Part shown: piece after piece, positions 39,187 to 52,262 of the stretch
Position numbering within the stretch: the first letter of the stretch is position 1
How the letters are laid out: each line of letters starts with the position of its first letter
NCBI GenBank assembly: GCA_951406725.2
Contig: OX597831.1
Span: 70,618,001 to 70,682,000 of the forward strand
DNA: 64,000 bases
DNA from: Octopus vulgaris
Taxonomy: Eukaryota
Direction: 5' to 3'
Program-made: the position numbers and the translations under genes
Notes under the pieces: model-generated
What the model was told of the DNA's origin: nothing
What the model saw: the letters and a program-made list of their open reading frames with translations, nothing else
Databases searched by the model: none

Positions 39187-40177
39187 GTGTATTTATGTAT
39201 GTGTGTATGTGTGTATGTGTGTATGTATGTATGTATGTAAGTGTGTATGTGTGTATGTATGTATGTTTGTATGTGTGTATGTGTGTATGTATGTGTGTAT
39301 GTGTGTATGTATGTATTTATGTAGGTATATATGTGTGTATGTATGCATGTGTGTATGTGTGTATGTATGTATGTATGTATGTATATGTGTGTGTGTGTGT
39401 GTATGTGTGTATGTATGTGTGTATGTATGTATGTATGTGTGTATGTATGTATATATGTATGTATGTGTGTATGTGTGTATGTATGTATGTATGTGTGTGT
39501 ATGTGTCTATGTACGTGTGTATGTGTGTATGTGTGTATGTATGTATGTATGTATGTGTGTATGTATGTGTGTATGTATGTATGTGTGTGTGTGTGTGTAT
39601 GTTTGTATGTATGTGTGTATGTATGTATGTGTGTATTTATGTATGTGTGTATGTATGTGTGTATGTGTGTATGTGTGTATGTATGTATGTATGTATGTAT
39701 GTAAGTGTGTATGTGTGTATGTATGTATGTTTGTATGTGTGTATGTGTGTATGTATGTATGTATGTATGTGTGTATGTGTGTATGTATGTATGTATGTAT
39801 GTATATATGTGTGTATGTATGTGTGTATGTGTGTGTGTATGTATGTATGTGTGTATGTGTGTATGTATGTATGTATATACGTGTGTATGTGTGTATGTGT
39901 GTATGTATGTATGTATGTGTGTATGTATGTATGTATGTATGTATGTGTGTATGTATGTATATATGTATGTATGTGTGTATGTATGTATGTATGTATGTGT
40001 GTATGTATGTATGTATGTGTGTATGTATGTATGTATGCATGTGTGTATGTATGTATATATGTATGTATGTGTGTGTGTATGTATGTACATATGCATGTAT
40101 CATCCTTATTATCATCGTTGTTGTCATCATCGTCAACATCATCATCGTCATCATCATCATCGTCATCATCATCGTCG

Positions 40178-40215
<38 letters not shown>

Positions 40216-40255
40216 GTCATCATCATCATACCATCATCATTATACCATCATCATT
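39015..40255. repeat. About 1.1-kb compound (TATG)n/(TG)n microsatellite followed by (CAT)n
   Basis: Directly visible. It is the source of the 400-aa spurious ORFs. Confidence 0.95.
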
Positions 40256-40479
40256 TTTTAATTGTCACATTTGTTGAGGCAGATTTTCTACTGCCAGATG
40301 CTCTTCCTGTCACTAATCCTAAACTGCTTCCAACCAAGATAATCTTTCCTGATAGCCAGACATGTCTGCAAAGAAGATTAGAAAACAGAGGAATCTATTT
40401 GTATGATGGGACACTTGTTTATAACTATCGAGTGTTGCCAAGACGAGAGAGACATAAACACACACACACTTATGCACAT

Positions 40480-40536
<57 letters not shown>

Positions 40537-40569
40537 CATGCATACTTGTAGCACTCTCAGTTGACCTTG

Positions 40570-40612
<43 letters not shown>

Positions 40613-40829
40613 CTTCTCTCTCTCTTGCTTTCTCCCTCTCTAACACACACCCATGCATACATATATATACATACATACATACATACAAATATATACATTA
40701 GCATAGCTAGGAGGGGTCGGTAGGAGCAGCACTTTTAAAGAGGGGGGGGGTTCTGGGCACAGAAAATGGAACAGCTGCCCCGGGTTGCACGCACTCTAGC
40801 TACACTAGTGAGTATATATACTTTTTGAA

Positions 40830-41900
40830 TTATTATACATCTTCTACTGTGGAGGGAGCTGGTTTCCAACAAAGAGACAAGGCTCCATCTTTGGAATGTA
40901 GCTAACACAGACAAATTCACTTTTGGAACTTGAGAAATGTCTTGCATATTTTTACTGTTCCACTCACAGATTGGACTTGTAATGTATGAATTAGCCAGTC
41001 AATTTCTCTTTCTGAAAATCCCAGTTTATCCAGATTGTCCTTTAAGCATTTACTAACAAAACCTAGGGCTCCAATTATTATTGGTATGAATATGAATTCA
41101 ATTTAGAAGCTGGAGGTTTCGAAATAGTTTTCCATAGATATCCTCTTTTTCTTTGATTTTCAGAGAGATTTATATCTGCAGGGCAACTGACCTCTATGAT
41201 GGTTACTTTTGCCCCTCTATCCCAAACGACAATATCTGGCCTGTTCTGTTAACAGTCGACAGAGGTTTTGATGGGAACATTCCACCAGTATTCCTTGAAT
41301 TGGTATCTATGAATGTATTCCATAACAGAGGGATTTTCCAAGTTTATTTCAAACAGTCTTTCTTGCGGATGGCATTGTAAATTGTTTTAGTGGTATTATG
41401 CTGAATAGGGAGGTAGTACCATGACAACATTTTAGAACAGCTGCTAATTACATGTGTGATGTCTTCCACATAATCATGACATAACCTATACATGTGATTG
41501 CACCTTGGGATTACAAGAGCATCGTTGTCTCTCTTGTTCACCAGGTATTTTGAGGCAGTCTCCTGTTCCTGGATTGCAAATGCATAGCCTTCAAAGTGTG
41601 ATGTAATGTAGTGGTCTTGTGTCCAAGAAAGGCTGTGCTTTGTGTCAATTCTACTGTCTTCCAGGCAACATACGCGTGCATAGTCATATTTTTGTATGCT
41701 GAGTGCTTTCCATCCAGATCTTCTCTGAGGTAAGAGAGCCCAGCTATTATGGGGCTGTAGAGGCGATCATTAGGAAGAGAGTGTTTCTTGAGGAGTTCAC
41801 TGCCAACTCGTACAATGTTGCTCACTTCACTTTTCTGCACTGCATTTATATATTTATTTTTGCTGTTGTTGCTCAGCAGATGCTGCCTGAGTGATACAAT
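40830..41900 (-). mobile_element. 3' portion of RLE-type non-LTR retrotransposon
   Basis: CCHC-like knuckle RLCHDYVEDITHVISSC, then RPDIVVWD and FIPIIIGALGFVSKCL on minus. Confidence 0.75.
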
Positions 41901-42001
41901 ATGCCATATATGTATGCATATATGAGTATATCTATTTATAGATATAAATGTGTATATTTGTGTGGGTGTGAACAAGAATTTTTTCTAAGCATGTATACAC
42001 T

Positions 42002-42813
42002 CAGGGGTGGTGAATGGATTGTCTAAATTATGCAAAAATGAAAATAACACTGACATCTCATTTTAAAATATATATTTATAAAAATTACTTTAAAATATCT
42101 TGAAATACTAAAGAGTAAATTTGTTCAATAAAATCACCATTGGCCTCCAGATGACTTCAGAATTTCCTGCAACTCTTCTGGACAATCTCCTTGTTTAAGT
42201 TTGTGAATGCTGCCATAATCCTTACCTTCAGTCCATCTTTGATGTTACAAGGAATTTTGCTGGTCTCTTGCTCAACTGTGCCTCACACATAATAACCAAG
42301 GGGTTGCAGTGTGGGGAGTCAGATGGCCAGATGTTAGGGGTGGTGTGGCTGCAGAAATTGTCTGACAGCCATGACTGGATTCTCCTGCTTGTGTGGCATG
42401 GTGCAGGATCCTGTTGCCAAACATAGGGTCTTCCATCAGCCACCCTCTTGACCAAGGGCAGTACTACCTCCTCCAGGCACTTGATGGAGGCTTCCGTGTT
42501 GAGTCTGAGACTGTGCTGAAAGACAAATGGAAGCATAATGTCACCATCACTAGTGATCACTCCAAACACCATGATGTTGACTGGATGTTTGATTTTTATC
42601 ACTCTTGGTACATGTTTGTAGCAGATCTTCTGGCGCTTTGTATTGGAACTTCCAGCATGAATGCCAAGCAGTACAGCATGTCGTTTCCAAATTTCTGGCA
42701 GAGTGGCACAGTGCCCAACTGACCCTACTATACTGTATAGTCGACAAAATCAAAAACAAACAATGCACGAAATTAGAAATATAAAATGGTGACAATTTAC
42801 CCATCGTCCCCTG
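42002..42813 (-). mobile_element. Internally deleted DD37D (maT-like) element
   Basis: ORF 42228..42602 has WQQD followed by 37 residues to the NPL(D) position. TIR-like ends are present. Confidence 0.8.
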
Positions 42814-42862
42814 TATATGTATATGTGTAACTTCATGTAGTCTATTATTATCATCATCATCA

Positions 42863-42896
<34 letters not shown>

Positions 42897-43038
42897 CATC
42901 ATCATCATTATTATTATTATTATTATTATTCAGTAGTTTTATTTTTATAGCGTGCTTTCACTTCACTACCGAGCGCAGCTCTGTGTGCCTTGGGTATGTG
43001 CTGTGATTTGTTGTGATGCTCTGATGGTTATTGTATGG

Positions 43039-43092
<54 letters not shown>

Positions 43093-45417
43093 ATTATTAT
43101 TAGTAGTAGTATTATTATTATTACTATTATTATTATTACTGCTGCTGTTGCATCTGTTGTAATTGCTTTGTCATTACATTTGTTATTATTGCTGAATTGC
43201 ATTGTGAAATATGTTCTGAAAATTGTACTGTTTAGTTTTATTATACTTATTTTCTCATATGATTTATCATTTTTTTTTTATTTATTGTTCATACATCTAG
43301 GAAGACGTAGAGAGCAAAGCTGTTATTCAAATGTTCTCATTTAGGGAGGAGAATATATCTTATTTCTTATTTTCCTACCTGAAAAACTGAAGTGCATTTT
43401 CAATAATGCCTGCAGGAGTGTTTTTTTTTTTTCATAACAATGGTAGTCACATTCCTCTCATACTTTGCAGGAGAGATAAACAAAATATTTGGAATAATTA
43501 CTCCAGTAATGGTGGTAATACACACATTTACAGCCGCAGTAACAAGAACATTATTGCAAGAACAATGAGAAGAAGAACAAGAAGACAGCCTAATGTGACA
43601 ATAACAATAGCAAAAACATTAATAACCATAACAATTGCAGCATCAACAATAACAGCAACAAGCACTTTGATAGTAAGGAAAAGAACAGCAGATACAGAAA
43701 TACCTTTGTAGGTGTTGTTGCTATGGAGAAAATATACCTGTCCTAAAAATGTTATTGAATACACGGGTATGTGTCAGCAGCAGAAAAGACATATTCCCAG
43801 AAACATGGAGAAAAAAAGAAAGTAGGTAGATATATCGTCAAATAAAGTTGGTACTGATGCGGATGTACTCAGGGTTGGTTTTGAGCTAATTAAATTTGTT
43901 CGAATTGGATCCCCACTCCTAGGCACATGCTTGTGTGGAGGATGCTATAATGAATTTTTAGTATATCATCGTGACTAATGGTGGAAACTCAAGCCCTCAA
44001 CATGTTTTGGCTGGGACTAACATAGTCCACAAAGCATAAAACATCGATCTTCCATTTTTGTAGAGTAGAGGATCCTACTGACAATGCTTTGATTGGGCCC
44101 CATACTTCCTAGTGCCAGCCCTGATGTATGGAATCACATGTATAAAATATTCTTAATTGAAATTTATCTTTCAGTTGGAGAAAATATAGAAATATAGAAT
44201 ATGGTACATCTCCCATCATATGGGAGATGTACCATGACAAGATGTGAAATTATACATAATCATTGTAAGATGGAACCCTTATTTGAGTTAAATGAGTGCA
44301 TGCAGATCTGAATCACAGGTCTTCCCTCATCTCAGACAGTCCTGGCTGGTGGATTTCCTTGTCTGCAAAGCCTGTCAATAGGGCTACCAGGTCAAGAATT
44401 TACATATGTTACCAGCACAGGAGCTTTTTATGTGGCACCAGTACATGGAAGCAAGAAACCGGTATATGACCCTTTTGATGCTTTTGATGCTTTAAGAGTC
44501 ATATGGTACCTTGTGTGGGAGTTTTCTCTTTGAATTACCCTCAGTAATCCATAGTTTCCACCTGAAAGTCTTCTGTAATAGACCTATCAATTGATTTTGA
44601 TCTTTGCCCAGAATGCTCCTGATCACATAATCCAATGGGTCCTTCCCTTTTGTAAAAGTCACTTACGTATGTTTTGAAGGAATATTTGGCTACTATTTCT
44701 GACACAGCAAATGACTATGCAGATCAAAGGTTCTTGACCTTTTCACTACCCAAGAACTGTTTAGTTTAAATTAATTTTTCCCCACAAACCCCAGGCTTCT
44801 GAAAGGTTTGTTATCTTACTGACATGTTCACATTTTCGTTTGAATGAATGAGGATCATTATGATTTAAAATCTGCTTTCCATGCTAGCATAGGTTGGACA
44901 GTTTAACAAGAGCTGCACGAGTTTCCATATTCTATTTTGGCATGGTTTCTATGGCTTGAGTGATTTACATGTGGAATCAGAATGGGTGCATTATATGTGG
45001 GACCAGCATGTGTGTTTTATACATGCACCAGCACAGATGCTTTATACATGGTACTAGCATGGGTACTTTACACATGGCACCAGCACATGTACTTTTTATG
45101 TGGCATTAGTACATGGAGGCAAGAAACCAGCATATGGCCCTTTTGATCCTTTAAGAGTCATATGGTACATTGTATGGAAGTTTTCCCTTTGAATTACTCT
45201 CAGTATACCACTATATGACCCCCCCCCCATATTCACTGAGGACATCCTGAATTCCCTAATATATGTAATGATATTATAGCTTTTATAGATCAGCCTTGAT
45301 TTAGCAGACTTCTACAAGTTAAAATTCAAAAATTTCTAAAGACATTAACAGGCTGCTTTTATGTGTATCCATGTGGTTTAGTCTCAAAACAGTTCGAGTT
45401 AAATATACTTGACTCAC

Positions 45418-45424
45418 CTGACAT
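45418..45424 (-). CDS. Candidate first coding segment ATG TCA G of host gene (exon probably starts at 45464)
   Basis: AAAAATG context, strong donor CAG|GTGAGT and upstream acceptor GTTTTAG. Phase 1 joins exon 36530 to give MSDYLRP. Confidence 0.45.
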
Positions 45425-45778
45425 TTTTTTTATTTCATATGATATAATCTAGGCTTTCCTTTTTCTAAAACAGCCAAATCTGATTTGTGAAAGATTTCAT
45501 CGCTTTGCAAGAAGATCAAATGACCATTTAGAAGTCCCACTTCAGCTTGGCTTTTGTGTCAATGCATGTGTGTATGTTTCTATGTATTTGCATGTATGCC
45601 AATGTGTATGTATATATGATGTATTCAAATAAACATTGTTCTGTGTGTGTGTATGTGTGTGAGTATATGTGAGTGTGTGTGTGTGTGTGTGCATGCAGCA
45701 ATCTACATATGTAAGTAGATACGTATATATGTATGCATGTAAATACACACACACACACACACTCATATATGTATATAT

Positions 45779-46178
45779 ACTCTTTAGTTGTTTCAGTCAT
45801 TTGACTGTGGCCATGCTGGAGCACCGCCTTTAGTCAAGCAAATCGACCCCGGGACTTATTCTTTGTAAGCCCAGTACTTATTCTATCGGTCTCTTTTGCC
45901 GAACCGCTAAGTGACTGGGACGTAAACACACCAGCATCGGTTGTCAAGCAATGCTAGGAGGACAAACACACACACACAAACACACACACATACACACATA
46001 TATATATACATATATATACGACAGGCTTCTTTCAGTTTCTGTCTACCAAATCCACTCACAAGGCATTGGTCGGCCCGAGGCTATAGCAGAAGACACTTGC
46101 CCAAGGTGCCACGCAGTGGGACTGAACCCGGAACCATGTGGTTGGTTAGCAAGCTACTTACCACACAGCCACTCCTGC
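45779..46178 (-). mobile_element. SINE family A, full length
   Basis: Reverse complement of 62511-62924. Confidence 0.85.
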
Positions 46179-46197
46179 ACACACATATATGTATATG

Positions 46198-46267
<70 letters not shown>

Positions 46268-46270
<3 letters not shown>

Positions 46271-46510
46271 AATATTAGGGAATAAATCCAAATTTACAGG
46301 GAAAAAATCAGATTTAGGATTAAATCCAATTTTATAGTAAAATATTATATAATATTAATTCGAGACAAAACCACTATTTTGCAAAACAAACAAGGAAAGA
46401 CTTAATCAATACATAAAATTTTAATATAAAGTTAATAAATTATATTAAAATTTTATGTATTGATTAAGTCTTTCCTTGTTTGTTTTGCAAAATAGTGGTT
46501 TTGTCTCGAA

Positions 46511-46523
<13 letters not shown>
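46268..46523 (-). mobile_element. Short fold-back copy (perfect 84-bp arms) of the element at 47370-48873
   Basis: 46346-46429 pairs with 46440-46523. The tail at 46268-46345 is homologous to 47370-47460. Confidence 0.85.
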
Positions 46524-46556
<33 letters not shown>

Positions 46557-46712
46557 ATATATATATGTATATATATGTGTATATATATATGTATATGAAT
46601 ATATATGTGTATATATATATACATATGTGTGTGCATGTATCTATAGCCACCTATATTATAATGCATCTAATATATCATAATATATTAATTTACTACACTA
46701 TCTCATTGTATT

Positions 46713-46784
<72 letters not shown>

Positions 46785-46787
<3 letters not shown>

Positions 46788-47070
46788 GGTATGCATAGCT
46801 TAATGGTTATGGTGTTGCACTCATGATTGCATGATTGCGATTCCAATTCCTAGCCCAGGCGGGGCAAAGCACTTCATCTCACATCGCTCTGTGATCACGT
46901 CAACTCCTGAAGCATGGCACACAGTGCACCTGTTCAGACAATGTCGATTTGATGGAGAGAGTGTACTGAGGTACAGCATGAACATTTGATTCCTATAGAC
47001 AAATTAACTGTGCAGGTTGTTTGACAAAAGCTGAATGCTCATTCGTCATCTTCAATGGAAGAGTACATCA
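46785..47070 (+). mobile_element. Diverged tRNA-derived SINE
   Basis: A-box-like TAGCTTAATGG, B-box-like GATTCCAATTCC and GGGCAAAGCACTTCATCTC core. Confidence 0.55.
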
Positions 47071-47561
47071 TATATATATATATGCTCACACACATACACA
47101 TATATGCATGTATATATATGATTGATTCTAGTTTCAGCTCATGAGCTGTGGCCATGCTGGGGCACCGCCATTTATATATATATAATATCAAAATAAGCAA
47201 CAAGAATAACTCTGGTAAATTGTTGTTTATTCTTGTTCCTTATTTTGATTATAATCACCCCACGGATTCATATAGATAACACCATACAGAATTCTGGTGC
47301 ATCTAACTTAAGTACCATATTCATTTGAATCTAAATTTTACTGAACTTATATATATATATATATATATAATAATAAATATTAGGGAATAAATACAAATTT
47401 ACAGGGAAAAATCAGATTTAGGATTGAATCCAAATTTATAGTAAAATATTATATTATATTAAATTAGAGACAAAACCACTATTATGCAAATCAAACAAAG
47501 AAAGACTTAAGCCAATACATAAAATAATTTATATAAATTTAGAAATTTAACAATTATAAAT

Positions 47562-47622
47562 AACCACTACGATCGTTTCATGTCTTATTTCAGCACATCT
47601 TTGAGACATTCTTCAGGTGGTT
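47562..47622 (-). ncRNA. Type I hammerhead ribozyme, intact core
   Basis: aaccac CUGAAGA augucu-loop-agacau GAAAC gauc GUA^ gugguu. Confidence 0.85.
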
Positions 47623-48708
47623 TCAAAACCTAAAATATAATCACGCGCAAAGAATTTATCAAAAATTTATTCTATTTTTTGCTTATAACGTAATTCTATG
47701 AGTTTCTCTTAAACACTGTTTGTGATTCAAATTAGTTCATAGTTTAAAACTCGCCAAGAAGGTACGTATCTTTTAAGATCTCCAAATGTTAATTTTCAAT
47801 ATTGTATAAGCCTTAGGAGTAATAATATTCTCTTTATGTTAATATGCTGTTTATGTAATGATCTATTTATCGTAATTTTCTATGTTATTAGTTATTAAAT
47901 AATTTAGATAAACTTTGATAAATTAGATAGGTTTCGACTTAAGATGGTTTAGGCCATGTCTAATATAATAGCATAATTTATATTAGATAATATTCCCATT
48001 CATAATTTTGTTTATAGTACTTATAGTATTTTTTAATACTATATTACTAAGTATGGAATATTCCTATAAGTATGTGGCTGAGTATCTGTGGCTACTGGAT
48101 GTTGTTTCTCCTCTGTGTTAGTGTCTTGCAGTGTGCATACGTTAATGATTGAGTGATTGTATGTGTGTGTGTGCGAGTATGCATAATTCATGTGTAGAAA
48201 TATAGGGCTGCATTATAAAATATCCGTGTCTATATGTATTTGTGTATGTATAGATATATATATGTGTGTGTGTTTGTTTACGTATTTATATATGTTTATT
48301 ACATACATATAGTATATAGTATTTATTTAATACTATTTTACTAAGAATAAATATTTCTATAAGTATGTGGTTGAGTATCTGCGGTTACTGGATATTATTT
48401 CTCCTCTGTGTTAGTGTATTGCTGAGAGTATATGTTTATGAATGAGTGATTGTATGTGTGTGTGTGCGAGTATGCATAAGTAAGGTGTAGAAGTATAGTG
48501 CTGCATTATAATATCTATATAAGTAGATATAGACTAAAATGGATATTAGAATATGGATTTCTACCTTATAAATTAAAGTTAATATTTAACATTATAGTCG
48601 ATTTCGATATAATCATATTTAATAATAGAGTTTATTGTAAGTAAATTTTTTATTTAGATTATATAGATTATTTATATCTTAAATATATTGATTATTTTTA
48701 GGTTTTGA

Positions 48709-48769
48709 AACCACGTGAAGAATGTCTCAAAGATGTGCTGAAATAAGACATGAAACGATCGTAGTGGTT
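48709..48769 (+). ncRNA. Hammerhead copy with C3-to-G core substitution (likely inactive)
   Basis: Identical to 47562-47622 except GUGAAGA. Confidence 0.7.
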
Positions 48770-48867
48770 ATTTATAATTGTTAAATTTCTAAATAATTTA
48801 TATAAATTATTTTAGGTATTGGCTTAAGTCTTTCTTTGTTTGATTTGCATAATAGTGGTTTTTTCTC

Positions 48868-48918
<51 letters not shown>

Positions 48919-49204
48919 GTATATATAGATGGTTGTGAATTGTAAAACATAACTGACACCACTACCACATCAACCTGAAGATTGCATACTTTAATGCATG
49001 AAAGTACTAGTTCAATCAGAATGGATCATTTAATATACTATCATTTTATTATATTATCTTATATTAACTTACATTATATTATTATAAGATTGTAAATAAA
49101 ACATAAAAATCAAAGTTGGAATTTCTTTGAGTAATATATATATATGATAGATCGCTAGGCACTAAACCTTTTTCTATTTTCTCTCCTTGTTTATTTCTAT
49201 GTTC

Positions 49205-49240
49205 CTTTCTGTCAAAGAGTTTAGGCTCAAAACGTTAAAG
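49205..49240 (+). ncRNA. Degenerate minimal hammerhead in a (TA)n-flanked insert
   Basis: cuuu CUGUCAA agag-uuuagg-cuc AAAACGUU aaag. Same layout as 58121-58155 with core mutations. Confidence 0.45.
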
Positions 49241-49330
49241 ACTTTCTCACTTCCTGACCATTAAACTAATACATCTGTTTGTTGTTTAAACACCCGTCTT
49301 CGTCTTTTGTTTTTTTTTGTAAATTCCCAC

Positions 49331-49360
<30 letters not shown>

Positions 49361-49361
<1 letters not shown>

Positions 49362-50228
49362 TTGTTGGCAATTATTTTTGTCTCGGAAGACAATGATGTT
49401 GCGCATAAAATAATCTAGTCCGGCTTTTACATTTCATGTCCTAATACATCTCCTGCTGTGGCTGTGTAGTCCTATCCTGGACAAACACTCCCTCTGGCAG
49501 GTGCCGCAAATATAGCAAAGACTTTGCCTGGCTGGTTGTAATGTCATAGTTTCTTGTTGACATCTTTTCTTGTCTTTCCATTTCTCCTCTCTCCCTCTGT
49601 CATTCCTTTGTATTCCCTCTTTTACGGTATGTTGCCAATCTCCACAGTTGCTGGCAACTTCTTCCCAGTTGCTAATATTGATGTTGCAGGCCTTCATGTC
49701 CCTTTTGCAAACATCTTTGTATCGTAAGAATGGTTTTCCTACAGACCTGGTGCCCCTAGCAAGCTCCCCATAGAGTATGTCCTTGGGGATTCTGCCATCT
49801 TCCATACGGCTAACATGTCCAAGCCATCTCATACGTCTTTGTGTGAGGAGTGCAAACATGCTTGGTATTCCTGCTTGCTTGAGGACATCTTTGTTGAGGA
49901 CATGATTCTGCCATTTGATGCCAAGGATTTTCCGGAGGCAGCGTGTGTATGGCGTCCAAGTCTCACTTCCATACAGTAGAGTGCTAAGTACACATGCCTG
50001 GTAAATCTTCATTTTTGTGGTCTTAGTCAGCTTATTATTGTGCCATGCGAAGACCAAAATCAGAAGCGTCCTGATCAAGGAGATGTTATTTGCTGATGCT
50101 GCTGCTCTGGTATCAAACACAGAAGAAGCCCTGCAAAGGCTCATCAACTGTTTTGAGCTAGCGTGTTGTGACTTTGGCTTAGTTATTAGCCTCAAGAAGA
50201 CCAACATCATGGGCCAGGTTACATCGGA
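49361..50228 (-). mobile_element. RTE LINE insertion with 5' inversion
   Basis: Minus 50045-49434 reads IYQACVLSTLLYGSETW..RWLGHVSRMEDGRIPK..CGTC..IGLHSH. Plus 50044-50228 reads MLFADAAALV..FGLVISLKKTNIM, which is the upstream RT part inverted. Confidence 0.9.
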
Positions 50229-50357
50229 CATATATATATATTGTTATATATTGTTATATTTAAGGATGAGCTTTTATTTCTTTTGCCTTTTCACCACATA
50301 CACTATATACCTGTTCTTCAGTTCAGCTTTATTATTTTTCCTATTTTAGCGTCGTTT

Positions 50358-50400
50358 GTCTGAAATGTTTCATCACACATCCTGTGACCTCTTCAGCAAC
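50358..50400 (-). ncRNA. Hammerhead-like motif with weak stem I
   Basis: guug CUGAAGA g gucaca-ggaug-ugugau GAAACAUUUC agac, inside a (TA)-flanked insert at about 50240-50425. Confidence 0.45.
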
Positions 50401-50509
50401 TCTCCATTCCACATGTCTCCTCCAGTATATAGATATATGCATGTATATGTAATCATACTGTGAGATTTAGATTCAGATTGCATAAAAAAAACAGTATCTA
50501 AAACTCTAT

Positions 50510-50893
50510 GAGCATGTGTGGCTGTGCGGTAAGAAGCTGGTTCAGTCCCATTGCATGGCACCTTGGGCAAGTGTCTTCTACTATAGCCTTGGGCTGACCA
50601 AAGTTTTGTGAATGGATTTGATAGACAGAAACTGAAAGAAATCTATTGTATATAAATATATGTATATATTTTTTGGTGTGTGCATATGTTTGTCCACCCA
50701 CCATTGCTTGACAACTGATGCTGGTGTGTTTATATCCCCATAACTTAGTGGTGCAGCAAAAGAGACCAATGGAGTAAGTACTAGGCTTACAAAGAATAAG
50801 TCCTAGGGCCAATTTCTTCAACTAACACTCTTTAAGGTGGTGCCCCAGCATGGCCACAGTCAAATGACTGAAACAAGTAAAAGAATAAAAGAA
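50510..50893 (+). mobile_element. SINE family A
   Basis: Homology to the other copies. Confidence 0.8.
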
Positions 50894-51243
50894 TTCTTAT
50901 ATATATTTCCAAAGAAAATAATCATGTCGTTCACTTGATTTGTAGTCTGAATTTCCTTTGATTGGTCCAGAGTAAAAAAATAAGCGAAACAAACAGATGA
51001 GTTTACTATGGTCATTGATAATGTAACACCATCTGCAGTCCAGTATAAATTTTAAAGATCACTAGTGAAAGTAGGGCAATCTCTGAAGGTTTGACAATGC
51101 AATCAGCTTAGAAGATTTTCTTCATAAAACAGATTATTTTTATTGTTAATGAAACATGGATTAGATGATGATACAACTAAATAATTTCTGAATAAACTCT
51201 CCAACTGCATTTTGTTATTTCTATGCCTGTATATGTGTGTGTG

Positions 51244-51275
<32 letters not shown>

Positions 51276-51279
51276 TATA

Positions 51280-51318
<39 letters not shown>

Positions 51319-51490
51319 ATACATACATACATATATATATATATATCATATATGTGTTGATATGTTCATATGTGTGTGTGTTTGTGTATATATATGTATA
51401 TATGTTTATATATGTATGTATATATGGAGGTATGAATGCGTGTATATATATATATACATATATATATACATACATATGTATGTATGTATA

Positions 51491-51524
<34 letters not shown>

Positions 51525-51857
51525 CATATGTATATATATATATACATACATATGTATGTATGTGTGTATGCATATATACATATACATGTGTATACATGAT
51601 CATATGTATGTTTGTGTTTATGTTCTTCTCCATATTACACCTGCATATATTCAGGATGAGATTGTTGAATGTATGTACACTAACATACACATGCACAATC
51701 ACACATACTTATACATACATGCATGCATGCTTTCACAAGCAGGCACACACACACACAGGAAGTATTTGCTACTTATAATGTGGGTATGTACGTGTTTCGA
51801 GTGTATGATTACATAATATAGTTGATGTACATGTTAGTTAATGAATCTGTAATTCTG

Positions 51858-51888
<31 letters not shown>

Positions 51889-51999
51889 CTGTGTCTGTGT
51901 GTGTTGTGTGTGCGTGCGTGTTCATTTGAGCTTTTCATGTATTTCCACTTTTTCCAACTGTCACTCAGAGTGGCTGGATTTCTTTTGATCTTGTTCTTT

Positions 52000-52217
52000 C
52001 ATTCTGATTTCTTCTCTCTTTTCTTCTCTGTCACTTCCACCTTTCACCCCCCCCCACCTCATTTCCTTTTCTGACTTCTAATTCCACCCCCTCTTTCTCT
52101 CTCTCTTCCTTCCTTCTACTGTCATTCTCCCCTCTTTCTTTCTCATTTCCTTAATTTACATCACTCTCCTTTCTTTCTCTTTCTCTACTTCTATCCAATC
52201 CTATTCTCTCACTTTCT

Positions 52218-52262
<45 letters not shown>

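Larger units (their letters stand above)
47370..48873 (-). mobile_element. Penelope-like non-autonomous insertion with about 180-bp inverted arms, each carrying a hammerhead
   Basis: 47461-47642 is inverted at about 48690-48873. It has (TA)n flanks and HHR motifs. Confidence 0.8.

Noticed and set aside
39015-40551. ORFs of 229-412 aa, and similar YI/CV/HT ORFs throughout the window
   Set aside because: They are translations of stop-free microsatellites with no protein-like complexity.
43379-43409. 31-nt minus segment bounded by CAG and GTAGGA
   Set aside because: Its phase is incompatible with the neighbouring candidate exons.
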